Assembly: GCA_964518995.1 (NCBI GenBank)
Contig: CAZFJU010000002.1
Location: 1 to 58,696 of the forward strand
Source of the DNA: an uncultured Gammaproteobacteria bacterium
GTDB taxonomy: Bacteria; Pseudomonadota; Gammaproteobacteria; Steroidobacterales; Rariloculaceae
Length of the DNA: 58,696 bases
Direction of reading: 5' to 3'
The notes under the pieces were generated by a model. It did no database searches. It was not told the origin of the DNA and was given only the letters and a program-made list of their open reading frames with translations. Shown piece by piece: positions 1 to 9,331 of the stretch (positions within the stretch are counted from its first letter, which is position 1; each line of letters opens with the position of its first letter). The position numbers were made by a program, and so were the translations under genes.

Positions 1-3000
1 GCGACAACGAACAGGATCATCGATAACGCGCTCGTCACACTCAACAATCAGCGCGCCAACATCGGTCGAATCTGCGACTTTCCAAGTCAACAGCCGCGCC
101 TCGAATGGGCCCCCGATCAGGACAATTGCACCGCCCCCTCTGACGTCAAAACTTCGATTCCACCAGCGGAGCTTAAAGCAGCATCCAACGGTCTTCAGCT
201 GGTGCTGACGACTTCGATAGCAAGCGGCACCCCGACTGCCCAATCCCATAGTCCGCCGGCTGAAGGAAAAGAGTACAGATTCAACCTGCGCCTCCAAAGT
301 GTACTGGCTGACATTCCCTTTGGTGACGCACTCGATCTGTTGCTCATCGCCGACGAAAAAGGGAACGTTATCGAGCAGCACCAACCCTCGCAGCCTATCC
401 GAACAGAACTCCAGATCACCTCGCTGAGGACGCTGACTCGGGACGGGGGCGCGGGGAAACTGGACGTCGCCGGGTTAAGCGGAGCAAGCAGTATCGTCAC
501 GATCGAACTCGCGGGAGCGGATTACGAGCTATTGTGCCAGCCACTGCTAAGCCGCCAAAGTGCCGCAGGGGGGCGCGACATCAGCTGGTTGCTGTGCGGC
601 GTCGTATCAACTCAACGAGCCATTATGCAGTCACTTCAAGTGGCGCCATTTCTCGCGTTCCTGTTCTTCACTCTTATCGTGTTCGCATTACTGAGTTGGC
701 CATTACTGAAGCTGATCTGGATGTCAGAGCGCGATCGAGTACGGTTCAGCGACTCATGCTGCCTACTGTTCGGCACATGGGGCGGGCTGATGCTCGCGAC
801 AATACTGATACTCGGCTACGGCAGCTATCGCGCACTGGCGAAAGCCAGCGAAGCAGACCTGCAGGCAACGGCGATACGCCTGGAGAGAAATGTTCAGCGT
901 GAGATCAACACGCTGGTCGGCTGGATTCAGCAGTTGGACAATGCACTTCACGAGCGACTCGGCACCGACCTTATCGCGAGCCAGTGCCGCGATCGCCCGC
1001 CGCCTGTAGCCGAGGTGCAATCTTCCTCGCCGGTGCGCGACAACCCCTCTACATGCCCCAATATCACAGAATTATACGGCGCCCCCAAGTTCGAAGAAAC
1101 CGGCCCAGTGGCGTCGGTCGTCTCATATTGGCTGGAGCACACCCAGCCAGTCGATTCGAATTTCGAGATAGCGTTCTGGACAGACTGCAAAGGAGAGCAG
1201 GTACTCAAAGCGACGTCTGCGAAGCAGAACACTCCGTGGATTTCCGTCGCTCAGCGCGACTACTTCAAGGCGGCGCGGGACAACCGCCTCTGGCCGGGTC
1301 AACATGCAGCGCGGTACGTTGAACCGGTCCGCTCGCTGACCACCGGCAAGTTCGCGACCAACGTCGCTATTCGCAGCGGACCCTCGCAAGCGATACCTGA
1401 ATCGACGCTCCCGGGCCCCTGCAAGCTTAATACGTTCGCCGTCGCGGCCGTTCAGGCGACGCTTGTGTCTACATCGCGTCCGGTGCTGCCCCCCGGCGTA
1501 GGGTTCGCCATTATAGACGAAAGCGGGAAGGCACTTTTCCACTCGGACGAAAGACGGGCACTTTTCGAGAATATCTTCGAGGAGTTCAGCGACGGGGAGC
1601 GGCTCCGTGCGGTCGTTCAAGCGGGTCAAGAACAGCATCTTGTAACCCGCTACATTGGCCGTCCACATCGCGTTTTCTCGAAGCCCTTCTCGGAACTGCC
1701 CTGGTCCGTAGTGGTCTTCTCGGACACGGAGCTCGTCACCACGGCCAACCTGGAAATTCTCGGCCACGCTTCCGTGCTCGCTATTGCTTATGTACTCCTG
1801 TTCGTTGTGGTCGCCATCGCGTTTGTCGCAACCGGCGGACGTCGTACGCCGAAATGGTTCTGGCCCGGCGCGCATCGCGGGTTGGTTGTAAGGAGGGCGA
1901 CCACGGTTCCACTCACAGCCGTCATCGCATTCGCAGCCCTAGCATCCATGGCAACGGCGGATGGGTTGCTACTCGGCGCCTTCCTGATTCCGCTCATCAC
2001 GATTTGGCTACTCTACATCGTCACGGAACGCGGATTCCGATCAAGCGCCCCCATAGCTTCAGGTGCAGCCGGCATTGCCTCCAGCGTACGCTCCGGGATG
2101 CTTGTGTGGACGGCCTGCGCTATCGCTCCGGCCGCCATCTTCTTCTGCCTCTCCGCGGATGAAGAGAACAGATTGCTCGTTCAATTAGAGAATGAGCATC
2201 TAGCAGATGAACTGGTTGGACGAAATTGCGGGCTGGGTGATGATTACAGAGACATTAACCTCGCCGAGCTATGCGGCACGAATCGCACTTTGCAAAGTGT
2301 TTGCCCTATCGACCGTCGGCGGCAGTTGAAGGACGCGTATGACCTGTATCCCTCAACCATGTTTGCGCCGAGTCCAAACTACGAGCGCGTAAGAGATCTT
2401 CCCTCGGCAGTCCAGCCGTCCTGGGACGGGAGTCCACCCCCATCTTCGGAACCGGAGGTGCTCTCAAAGCAAGGAACCGGGCGAGCGCTGACGTCGAGAC
2501 TATGGCATTACCTAGCAAGGCTCAAGCCGATCTACAACGAGACCGCCACGGCCACCCGCTACATGTCGGGCCCCCATCAGCCGCGTTTCGACGCGTCCGC
2601 ACGATCGCCTTGGGCTTGGAGGGACGATGGCGCGGACTTCGAAGCCAACTCTCGGGCGTGCGATACAAACGTGCGGGTGACATCTTCGTTCCCTTTGAGA
2701 ACCGCGTCGCTCTTCCGCGACTGGACGGTATGGTTTCTCTTCGGATTGATGACTCTGGCGCTTTACCGCTGGACGCGCTACGCAGCCGGAAGGATCTTCT
2801 TCGGCGACGTACCGGCGCCAGATCTGCTCGACCGCGCCATGCTCGAGGCCAAGCTTAGAGATACCGCAAAGCATAGCGGGCGCCGGATACTAGCAGTCGC
2901 GAACGCCCCCATGGATCGCTTCCATTTGCTGTATCCAGAGCCGGCGGAAGGTGGGCGCGGCTCGTTCACCCGCTTCGATATGACCTCTTGCGAGAAGGAG

Positions 3001-3819
3001 ACATCCCCGCTTCTTCACCTCGAGAGGTGTATGGATAACGGCCATAACATGCTGCTCGTTAACGACCGCATCCCGTATGAGCATTTTGAATACCGCCATA
3101 GCGCCGATTCGACGACGAGCGGTACGCCCTCCGCAGACGCTCGCCGTTGGCACCAACTTCTTTCACACTTTCGTGTCGAGATCGTTGCGCTTACCGCGGC
3201 GCCTCCCCGCATTAGTTGGAGCGATTCCTGGCGGTCGGGGCTCGACAAGCGCATCTCGGCGGATGAAGTGACGGCAGAACTCGATGCCGTGCCGCAGCTT
3301 CGTCAACTCGATCCAAACCTCGAGCGAGAACTGACGCCGCGACCCGACGCCGGGTGGGCGCCTACCCGTCGCCAGGCGCTCGAACGCCTCCTGACCATCG
3401 CCGGTCCCTGCTACAGCGCGCTTTGGGAAGCGTGCTCCGAGGAGGAGAAGCTGGTTCTCGTGCAGCTTGCCTCTGAAGGCGTTGCTAATCCGAAGCAGCA
3501 CTCCACCGTGAGCCGTTTGATGCAGCGCGGCCTCCTCGTTCGAGATCCGATGCTCCGGCCGATGAATCGAAGCTTCGCCCTCTTCATTACTCATGTGCAG
3601 GATCCGGACGAGGTACGTGACTGGGAGAAACACATTCACGGCTTCTCGTGGACAGAGACGCGCTGGGCGCTGATTGGTCTGCTACTCCTCGGCCTGCTGT
3701 TCCTATGGGCTACGCAGCGAGCCCTCTTCGATGCCAGCTTGGTGTTCTTGTCCGCTGCTGGGCTCGGGCTGCCAGGGGTCATACGACTGCTCATGAGCGT
3801 TGGCAAGCCGCCGCAATGA
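1..3819 (+). CDS. large multi-pass membrane protein, probably 5'-partial; Cache-like extracytoplasmic domain(s), long cytoplasmic region of unknown function, C-terminal TM pair
   Basis: ORF track gives 202..3819 (GTG start, 1205 aa). I translated 1..201 in the same frame and found no stop codon and no ATG/GTG/TTG. The gene therefore starts at GTG 202 or continues upstream of the window. Hydrophobic helices: FLAFLFFTLIVFALLSWPLL, LLFGTWGGLMLATILILGYG, ASVLAIAYVLLFVVVAIAFV, LLLGAFLIPLITIWLLYIV, WTVWFLFGLMTLALY, WALIGLLLLGLLFLW. The loop YFKAARDNRLW..YVEPVRSLTTGKFATNVAI..GFAIIDESGKALFHSD between helices looks Cache-like. No kinase, GGDEF/EAL, MCP or Walker A motif seen. Confidence 0.6.
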   Translation, partial: ATTNRIIDNALVTLNNQRANIGRICDFPSQQPRLEWAPDQDNCTAPSDVKTSIPPAELKAASNGLQLVLTTSIASGTPTAQSHSPPAEGKEYRFNLRLQSVLADIPFGDALDLLLIADEKGNVIEQHQPSQPIRTELQITSLRTLTRDGGAGKLDVAGLSGASSIVTIELAGADYELLCQPLLSRQSAAGGRDISWLLCGVVSTQRAIMQSLQVAPFLAFLFFTLIVFALLSWPLLKLIWMSERDRVRFSDSCCLLFGTWGGLMLATILILGYGSYRALAKASEADLQATAIRLERNVQREINTLVGWIQQLDNALHERLGTDLIASQCRDRPPPVAEVQSSSPVRDNPSTCPNITELYGAPKFEETGPVASVVSYWLEHTQPVDSNFEIAFWTDCKGEQVLKATSAKQNTPWISVAQRDYFKAARDNRLWPGQHAARYVEPVRSLTTGKFATNVAIRSGPSQAIPESTLPGPCKLNTFAVAAVQATLVSTSRPVLPPGVGFAIIDESGKALFHSDERRALFENIFEEFSDGERLRAVVQAGQEQHLVTRYIGRPHRVFSKPFSELPWSVVVFSDTELVTTANLEILGHASVLAIAYVLLFVVVAIAFVATGGRRTPKWFWPGAHRGLVVRRATTVPLTAVIAFAALASMATADGLLLGAFLIPLITIWLLYIVTERGFRSSAPIASGAAGIASSVRSGMLVWTACAIAPAAIFFCLSADEENRLLVQLENEHLADELVGRNCGLGDDYRDINLAELCGTNRTLQSVCPIDRRRQLKDAYDLYPSTMFAPSPNYERVRDLPSAVQPSWDGSPPPSSEPEVLSKQGTGRALTSRLWHYLARLKPIYNETATATRYMSGPHQPRFDASARSPWAWRDDGADFEANSRACDTNVRVTSSFPLRTASLFRDWTVWFLFGLMTLALYRWTRYAAGRIFFGDVPAPDLLDRAMLEAKLRDTAKHSGRRILAVANAPMDRFHLLYPEPAEGGRGSFTRFDMTSCEKETSPLLHLERCMDNGHNMLLVNDRIPYEHFEYRHSADSTTSGTPSADARRWHQLLSHFRVEIVALTAAPPRISWSDSWRSGLDKRISADEVTAELDAVPQLRQLDPNLERELTPRPDAGWAPTRRQALERLLTIAGPCYSALWEACSEEEKLVLVQLASEGVANPKQHSTVSRLMQRGLLVRDPMLRPMNRSFALFITHVQDPDEVRDWEKHIHGFSWTETRWALIGLLLLGLLFLWATQRALFDASLVFLSAAGLGLPGVIRLLMSVGKPPQ

Positions 3820-3855
3820 ATCGTGCATTCGCTGTCAATATGCTTAGGAGTCTCT

Positions 3856-4725
3856 ATGTTCGCTACCTGTGTTCGTAGATCGAAGACAGCAGTAGTGCTC
3901 GTGGCCGGCTGTCTTTCGATGAGCTCGCACGCCCTCGCCCAACCCGTCGCCCCGTCCGAGGCGTCGCCGGCGATGGCGGATGAGCGCGACAATCTCATCG
4001 TCACGCCGTATGTCGGTATCGCGATCGATTCGTTCGCCGCAGGCGACATCAACGCGTATCTAAACCAGGACGAGTCGGGCGAGATCAAGGAACGCGCAAC
4101 GGCCGGTTTCGAGTTTTCATATCGATTGATCGGAAACCCTGCCGACTCGACGTTCAGAAACGGTCGCCAGTTCTGGATTTACGGACGGACGACGCATGGT
4201 GTGCGCAGTGCTGACGTGGACTGCCGAGAGAGCCCGCAAATCAGCGTATGTGAGCCGTTCGCTCTCGAGTTGCAGAATCCGACGGAACGCGGGCTCTACT
4301 TGTTGCGAAACGCAAGCAGTCTCGAAGGTCACGCAGGGCTCCGCTGGGAGTTTGCTGAGATCCAGCCCACGCGGACGCACGCTGCCCGAGCGTATCTAAA
4401 CGCCCAACTCGGATTTGTGGCCGTCACCGACGGTCCTGACGATGTCGCGGATATCCATCATGTGTCGCTCGGAGCGATGATATCGAACGGCCTCTACGAG
4501 CGCAGCTTCTTCGAAGTCGGCTACGGTCGAAACGACCTGATACTCGAGAATCGGACGGGTCGCTTCAAGCTGAACGCACGCGTGGTCCGCAAGTGGACCA
4601 AGAGCAGCGCCGGCTCGGTGTTCGCGCACATTGCTGTCGACGTCGATGCAGGCAGCGGCTCGGACAGCATTCAAACGTATCTAGGCGTGGCTTTCGCGTT
4701 ACCTGGAACACCAGACGATCAATGA
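3856..4725 (+). CDS. secreted protein, putative outer-membrane beta-barrel (unknown function)
   Basis: ATG 3856 is preceded by AGGAG (3846..3850). Sec signal MFATCVRRSKTAVVLVAGCLSMSSHALA-QP. Alternating hydrophobic/polar strands run through the protein (FEFSYRLIG, QFWIYGRT, LRWEFAEI, FFEVGYGR, IQTYLGVAFAL). It starts 37 nt after the stop of the giant membrane protein. Confidence 0.5.
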   Translation: MFATCVRRSKTAVVLVAGCLSMSSHALAQPVAPSEASPAMADERDNLIVTPYVGIAIDSFAAGDINAYLNQDESGEIKERATAGFEFSYRLIGNPADSTFRNGRQFWIYGRTTHGVRSADVDCRESPQISVCEPFALELQNPTERGLYLLRNASSLEGHAGLRWEFAEIQPTRTHAARAYLNAQLGFVAVTDGPDDVADIHHVSLGAMISNGLYERSFFEVGYGRNDLILENRTGRFKLNARVVRKWTKSSAGSVFAHIAVDVDAGSGSDSIQTYLGVAFALPGTPDDQ

Positions 4726-4908
4726 GCCGCCCGGCCTCACGGCCATTGGCTCAACCGCTGGCTGCATGGGCACGACCCTTGCAGCCAGCGGGCCATGACT
4801 GGACGCCAACTGACCGAGGAAGCCGCCTACGGCTCGGGCGTATGCAAACGACTCTATCCGGTGCCGCTGCGGCTGCCAGGGTTTCGCACGGCGTCCTTTC
4901 GCTCGCGA

Positions 4909-6261
4909 GTGGGAAGTCGTCCCGGCCTCGTTGCCGTCATGCTCTGCTGCTTCCTCGCGGGGTGCGCGCCAACGTATGGGCAGGAGCCGGGCGCCGAAGG
5001 CGCCGTTGCGCCCGACCAGCCTCGCGCGACGATCGAGTTGAGCCCGGATGCGGAACAAGACGAAGCCATCGCGCGCCGGCTCATCGCCATCTACGACGCG
5101 ATAGGTGGGCTCGAGGACGTCAACGCTCAGAGCAGCTCCGGCGTCGTCACATTGTCCGGAGAGGTCGACGGCCCCCGACTACGGCGTACGGCCGAGCAGC
5201 TCGCTGCCGCCCTCGAGGGCGTCGTCGCCGTCGAGAACGAAATCTCGACTGCAGCGGAGGTCGACACGCGGGTCCGGAGCGTATGGACGGACGTCCGAGC
5301 CCGCGCTGCCCAATGGGTGCAAACATTACCGCTGTGGCTGATCGCTTTCTCGATCGTCGTCGCAAGCTGGTACGGAGGAGCGGCGCTCGGCCGCCTTGCG
5401 GTCCAGACCCTGCGCCGAGCCCGCAACCCTTTTGTCGGCGAGCTCATCAGGCAGGCCGTCCGCATCGCGACCGTCTTCGCCGGCCTCATGCTCGCGCTGA
5501 TGCTGCTCGATGCCGGTCCCGTGATCGGCTCGCTGATCGGCAGCGTTGGGCTGATCGGGCTTGCGATCGGTTTCGCGGTTCGCGACGTCATCGAGAATTA
5601 CCTCGCGAGCGTGCTGCTGAGTCTTCGCCAGCCCTTCAAGCCGGACGAGCTCGTGTCGATCGACGGGCGCGAGGGGCGAGTGCTCCGCCTGAACTCCCGC
5701 GCAACGATGTTGATGGATTTCGACGGCAATCACGTGCGCATTCCGAATTCGGTCGTCTATAAAGCCACGATAGTCAATTACGACCGCAATCCAACTCGGC
5801 GTTTTTCTCTCCGATTCGGCGTCGATCCGGCACACTCCCTGCCTAATGTGGTGAGCGTTGCTAAGCAAGCGTTGGCCGACACACCGGGTGTGTTACGGCA
5901 GCCGCCCCCTATGGTCGTCCCTGACGCCTTCACGGAGTCGACCACGGAGATCCTGTGTCATGCCTGGATCGACCAGCAGCACGTCGACCTCGCCAAGACC
6001 CGCGGCGCCGCGATGATCTCGCTGCAGGCCGCGTTCATTGAGGCCGGTATAGACGTGGCCGTCCCGCGATACGTCGTCGCCGTCACCGACACCGCACGAG
6101 AGCGGATGCCGATGTCCGAGCATCCGGTGCACGAACACTCGGAGCATGAACACCCGGAGCACGCAGAAGCCATCGATGTCGGCCGAGCAGATCCGACCCG
6201 GCCCTTCCGGCAATGTGAATCGGGAGAGAATGTGCTAGCCGCCGATGCCCGGACCGAGTGA
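4909..6261 (+). CDS. mechanosensitive ion channel (MscS family) with N-terminal BON-like domain; possible lipoprotein signal
   Basis: BON-like VVTLSGEVDGPRLRRTAEQLAAALEGVVAVENEI. MscS core LIGLAIGFAVRDVIENYLASVLLSLRQPFKPDELVSIDGREGRVLRLNSRATMLMDFDGNHVRIPNSVV. GTG 4909 gives MGSRPGLVAVMLCCFLAGC (lipobox LAGC). The ORF-track start 4795 is the alternative. Confidence 0.88.
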   Translation: MGSRPGLVAVMLCCFLAGCAPTYGQEPGAEGAVAPDQPRATIELSPDAEQDEAIARRLIAIYDAIGGLEDVNAQSSSGVVTLSGEVDGPRLRRTAEQLAAALEGVVAVENEISTAAEVDTRVRSVWTDVRARAAQWVQTLPLWLIAFSIVVASWYGGAALGRLAVQTLRRARNPFVGELIRQAVRIATVFAGLMLALMLLDAGPVIGSLIGSVGLIGLAIGFAVRDVIENYLASVLLSLRQPFKPDELVSIDGREGRVLRLNSRATMLMDFDGNHVRIPNSVVYKATIVNYDRNPTRRFSLRFGVDPAHSLPNVVSVAKQALADTPGVLRQPPPMVVPDAFTESTTEILCHAWIDQQHVDLAKTRGAAMISLQAAFIEAGIDVAVPRYVVAVTDTARERMPMSEHPVHEHSEHEHPEHAEAIDVGRADPTRPFRQCESGENVLAADARTE

Positions 6262-6483
6262 CCAGCCGTCCCGGAGACCCGTGCCGCTAGCAGTGTGATG
6301 CACGTCCTTGTCATAAGTTCCTGACGCCTCGATCATGCGCCTGCGCCGCATGCCGGATCACCAGCATGCAGCCCCGTTTCGCCCGCCGAGCGGCCGAGCC
6401 GCTTAGCCGGCAAGACCATCGAAAGGACAGTGATGATGCGAAGGGTTCGTACTCGGTGCTTATGAGAAGGGTTTCCCGAACGC

Positions 6484-7875
6484 ATGACCGTACCGGACGG
6501 TAACGCCGGCATGCCCCGAAACTTCGACACCTCCGAGCGGCTGAAGAGAATGCAAGCCGCAAAGCTACGGGTTGTCGACAACTCCACGGCCATCCGTCCG
6601 GCGCGGGCAGCGCCGCGAGGTCCTCGTCGGCAACGCATCCTCGTGCTTGCACCTCGCGATCCTCACCCAGCGATCGGCGGAGATCGCGTACGCATCTACG
6701 GTGTCGCCAGAGAACTGGCCAACCGATACGACCTTACGTTGTTGACCTTCTGCCGCAATGACCGAGAGCGCGCCATTCCGCTCCCGGCAGACAGCGTGTT
6801 CAAGCAGGTCCACCGCATCGTCCTGCCGCGGTGGCGGCGCTGTGTCAGCACATTGGCGGCGCTGCCGACCCGCCTACCGCTGCAGGTGGCCTACTATCGA
6901 TCGCGCGAGTTCCAGGACGCAGTGCGCTCGCTCGCGCCCGCTCACGACGCGGTGATCGCGCATCTCGTCCGAACCGCGGACTACGCACAGGATCTGCCCG
7001 TTGTCCGCGTGCTCGAGATGACCGATGCGATCTCGATGAATATGCAGCGCGTTGCCGCTACGAGAACGGGCTATCTCGATCTTCGCCGCCTGGTTTACGC
7101 GATCGAAGCCAAGCGGCTGAGCGCATACGAGCGGCGTGCTGCGAAGAACTTCGACGTGCTCACGCTGACATCTGGCGTCGACGCCGCTTTTCTGTTTCCA
7201 CACGTAGCAACGCTGCCGCACCACGTGATGATCATGGCGAACGGGGTGGACGTTCCCACCTGGAGGGCACCGATCGCTGCCCGCCGGCCCGGCGAGATCG
7301 CGATGGTCGCCAATTTCGCTAGCCTACCGAACTTCGATGCAGCCTGGTACTTCTCGCGGAGTGTGCTGCCGCTCGTGCGCCAACGCGTTCCAGGCGCACG
7401 ACTGCGTCTGATCGGCCCAATGCCGCCGGTCGCGAAGCGCCGTTTGGCCGGCGTGCCGGGCGTCGAGGTTGTCGGCATTGTGCCGAATGTCGCGCACGCC
7501 CTCGCGTCAGCGCGCCTCGGCATTTGCCCCGTTCGCTTCGGATCCGGCATCCAGAACAAGGTGCTCGACTATTTCGCGAGCCGCCTGCCCGTCGTGTGCT
7601 CGCCGCTCGGCTTGGAGGGTCTGGAGGCGCGGCCGGACGAGCACTTGCTTACCGCCGCGACGACCGCAGCGTGGGCCAATAGCGTCCATCGACTTCTTTC
7701 GGACGACGTGCTCGCTCAGCGTCTGGCGGACGCCGGACGCCGTCTCGTCGAGCAACGCTACCACTGGAATCAGCGAATCGGGCCGCTGATCGAGCGGCTT
7801 GATGAATGCTTCCATGCCCGGGAAGCATGCGCTCACTCCGAGCGGCGAGCCGAATGGGCCGAAGCGGCCGTATAG
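6484..7875 (+). CDS. glycosyltransferase, GT-B fold, family 4-like
   Basis: N-terminal RILVLAPRDPHPAIGGDRVRIYGVARELA and C-terminal FGSGIQNKVLDYFASRLPVVCSPLGLEGL are typical of GT4 sugar transferases and resemble the EPS/PEP-CTERM-associated subtype. Start uncertain (ATG 6484, 6511 or 6550). Confidence 0.8.
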   Translation: MTVPDGNAGMPRNFDTSERLKRMQAAKLRVVDNSTAIRPARAAPRGPRRQRILVLAPRDPHPAIGGDRVRIYGVARELANRYDLTLLTFCRNDRERAIPLPADSVFKQVHRIVLPRWRRCVSTLAALPTRLPLQVAYYRSREFQDAVRSLAPAHDAVIAHLVRTADYAQDLPVVRVLEMTDAISMNMQRVAATRTGYLDLRRLVYAIEAKRLSAYERRAAKNFDVLTLTSGVDAAFLFPHVATLPHHVMIMANGVDVPTWRAPIAARRPGEIAMVANFASLPNFDAAWYFSRSVLPLVRQRVPGARLRLIGPMPPVAKRRLAGVPGVEVVGIVPNVAHALASARLGICPVRFGSGIQNKVLDYFASRLPVVCSPLGLEGLEARPDEHLLTAATTAAWANSVHRLLSDDVLAQRLADAGRRLVEQRYHWNQRIGPLIERLDECFHAREACAHSERRAEWAEAAV

Positions 7876-7877
7876 TC

Positions 7878-8666
7878 ATGCCGGGACCCGCTCGCACCGC
7901 CCTCCACGTCCAACGCGATGTGCTCTACGCGCTGCTTCTGCGGGAGATCGGGGCGCTGATCGGACGCAGTCGGATCGGTTTTCTCGGCGTACTGGCGGAG
8001 CCGGTCGCGCATCTCGTCTTTCCGGTTGTCTTGCTCGGCTACATGCTGCAGCGGACGTTGCCGGGGATCGAGTACCCCGTCTTTCTGATATACGGCTTCC
8101 TGCCGTTTCTGCTGTTCAAGACCATCTGTCTGCAAACCATGGCGGGCACGCAAGCGAATCGGGGGCTTTTGTCGTATCGGCAGGTGCTGCTGATGGACGT
8201 ATTCATCGCTAAAGCCCTCGCCAACTGCGCGATCCAAGCTGTGGTATTCGTGATCGTGGTCGCGGGGCTCGTGATGTTCGGCTATCAAGCGTTGCCCGCC
8301 GGCCCGCTGGAGCTTGGCGGCGTTCTCGTCCTCACCGTGCTGCTCGCGTTTGGGCTGGGACTCTTGTTCGCCGCCTTGACGAGCCTTGTTCCCGATGCGC
8401 GCACGGTCATCCGTGTATTGTTCATCCCTCTCTACTTCGTATCAGGGATTCTCTTCCCGGTCTCGCGGTTTCCGGATGAATGGCTAAGGTGGCTCGCGGT
8501 CAACCCGCTTTTGCATCTCGTCGAGCTCACACGCGCAACGAGCCTCGATCGCTATGAGCCGATGCGCCTCTTGAGCATCGAGTATCCGATCGCCGCTACA
8601 CTCGTTTCGCTGTTCTGCGGCCTCGCACTCTACAGACTGCGCTACCTCGCACGGGTCACGACATGA
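7878..8666 (+). CDS. kpsM: capsule polysaccharide export ABC-2 permease (KpsM-like)
   Basis: LYALLLREIGALIGRSRIGFLGVLAEPVAHLVF is the KpsM/CtrC-type N-terminal block. Multiple TM helices. ATG 7878 lies 2 nt after the upstream TAG. The stop overlaps the next start (ATGA). Confidence 0.85.
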   Translation: MPGPARTALHVQRDVLYALLLREIGALIGRSRIGFLGVLAEPVAHLVFPVVLLGYMLQRTLPGIEYPVFLIYGFLPFLLFKTICLQTMAGTQANRGLLSYRQVLLMDVFIAKALANCAIQAVVFVIVVAGLVMFGYQALPAGPLELGGVLVLTVLLAFGLGLLFAALTSLVPDARTVIRVLFIPLYFVSGILFPVSRFPDEWLRWLAVNPLLHLVELTRATSLDRYEPMRLLSIEYPIAATLVSLFCGLALYRLRYLARVTT

Positions 8667-9331
8667 TTCGTCTCGATCGACTGACGAAATCATACCTGAC
8701 TCTGCGCGGGCGAAAGATCGTGTTTCGAGACCTTTCACTCGACATCCCAGGCGGCGCGAACATCGGCCTGATCGGCCGCAATGGGGCGGGCAAATCTACG
8801 CTTATGCGCTTGCTGAGCAAGGTCGAATTGCCGGATCGGGGTAAGATCCGCGCCGAGGCCAAGTTGTCTTGGCCCGTAGGACTGATGGGCGGCATGCAAA
8901 GCTCGCTTACCGGACGGGAGAACGTCAAGTTCGTCTGCCGCATCCATGGCCTGCGCGGCGACGAGATGCGCGAGAAAGTTCGCTATGTGCAGAGCTTCGC
9001 CGACGTCGGCAGCTACTTCGATCAACCGGTATCGACCTATTCGTCCGGCATGCGGGCACGGGTCGCGTTCGGGACCAGCATGGCGTTCGACTTCGACTAC
9101 TACCTGATCGACGAAATACTGGCCGTCGGCGATGCATCGTTCAAAGCCAAAAGCCGCAAGGTTTTCGCCGAGCGGCTCGAACGCTCGAACGTTATTCTCG
9201 TCTCCCACAACATGGGCCTGATCCGCAAGATGTGTGATCTAGTCGTATTCCTTGACGCCGGACGAGCGATGCTCTTTGAAGATGTCGAGCATGGAATCTC
9301 GGCGTACCAAGCAGCGGGCGTCGCCTCGTGA
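8663..9331 (+). CDS. kpsT: capsule polysaccharide export ABC transporter ATP-binding protein (KpsT-like)
   Basis: Walker A GLIGRNGAGKSTL, ABC signature YSSGMRARVAFG, Walker B YYLIDEILAVGD. About 220 aa with no C-terminal extension, as in KpsT. Confidence 0.9.
   Translation: MIRLDRLTKSYLTLRGRKIVFRDLSLDIPGGANIGLIGRNGAGKSTLMRLLSKVELPDRGKIRAEAKLSWPVGLMGGMQSSLTGRENVKFVCRIHGLRGDEMREKVRYVQSFADVGSYFDQPVSTYSSGMRARVAFGTSMAFDFDYYLIDEILAVGDASFKAKSRKVFAERLERSNVILVSHNMGLIRKMCDLVVFLDAGRAMLFEDVEHGISAYQAAGVAS

Noticed and set aside
4593-5762. 389-aa Arg-rich ORF overlapping the end of the OM-protein gene and the MscS gene (25941..26756 inside the flavoprotein gene is a similar case)
   Set aside because: Extreme Arg/Pro/Ala composition. 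It is an out-of-frame overlap with genes that carry clear family motifs.
6262-6483. JUMPStart/ops (GGCGGTAG) antitermination element upstream of the capsule locus
   Set aside because: I read the region on both strands. The closest string is GGACGGTAAC, and no exact ops element is present.
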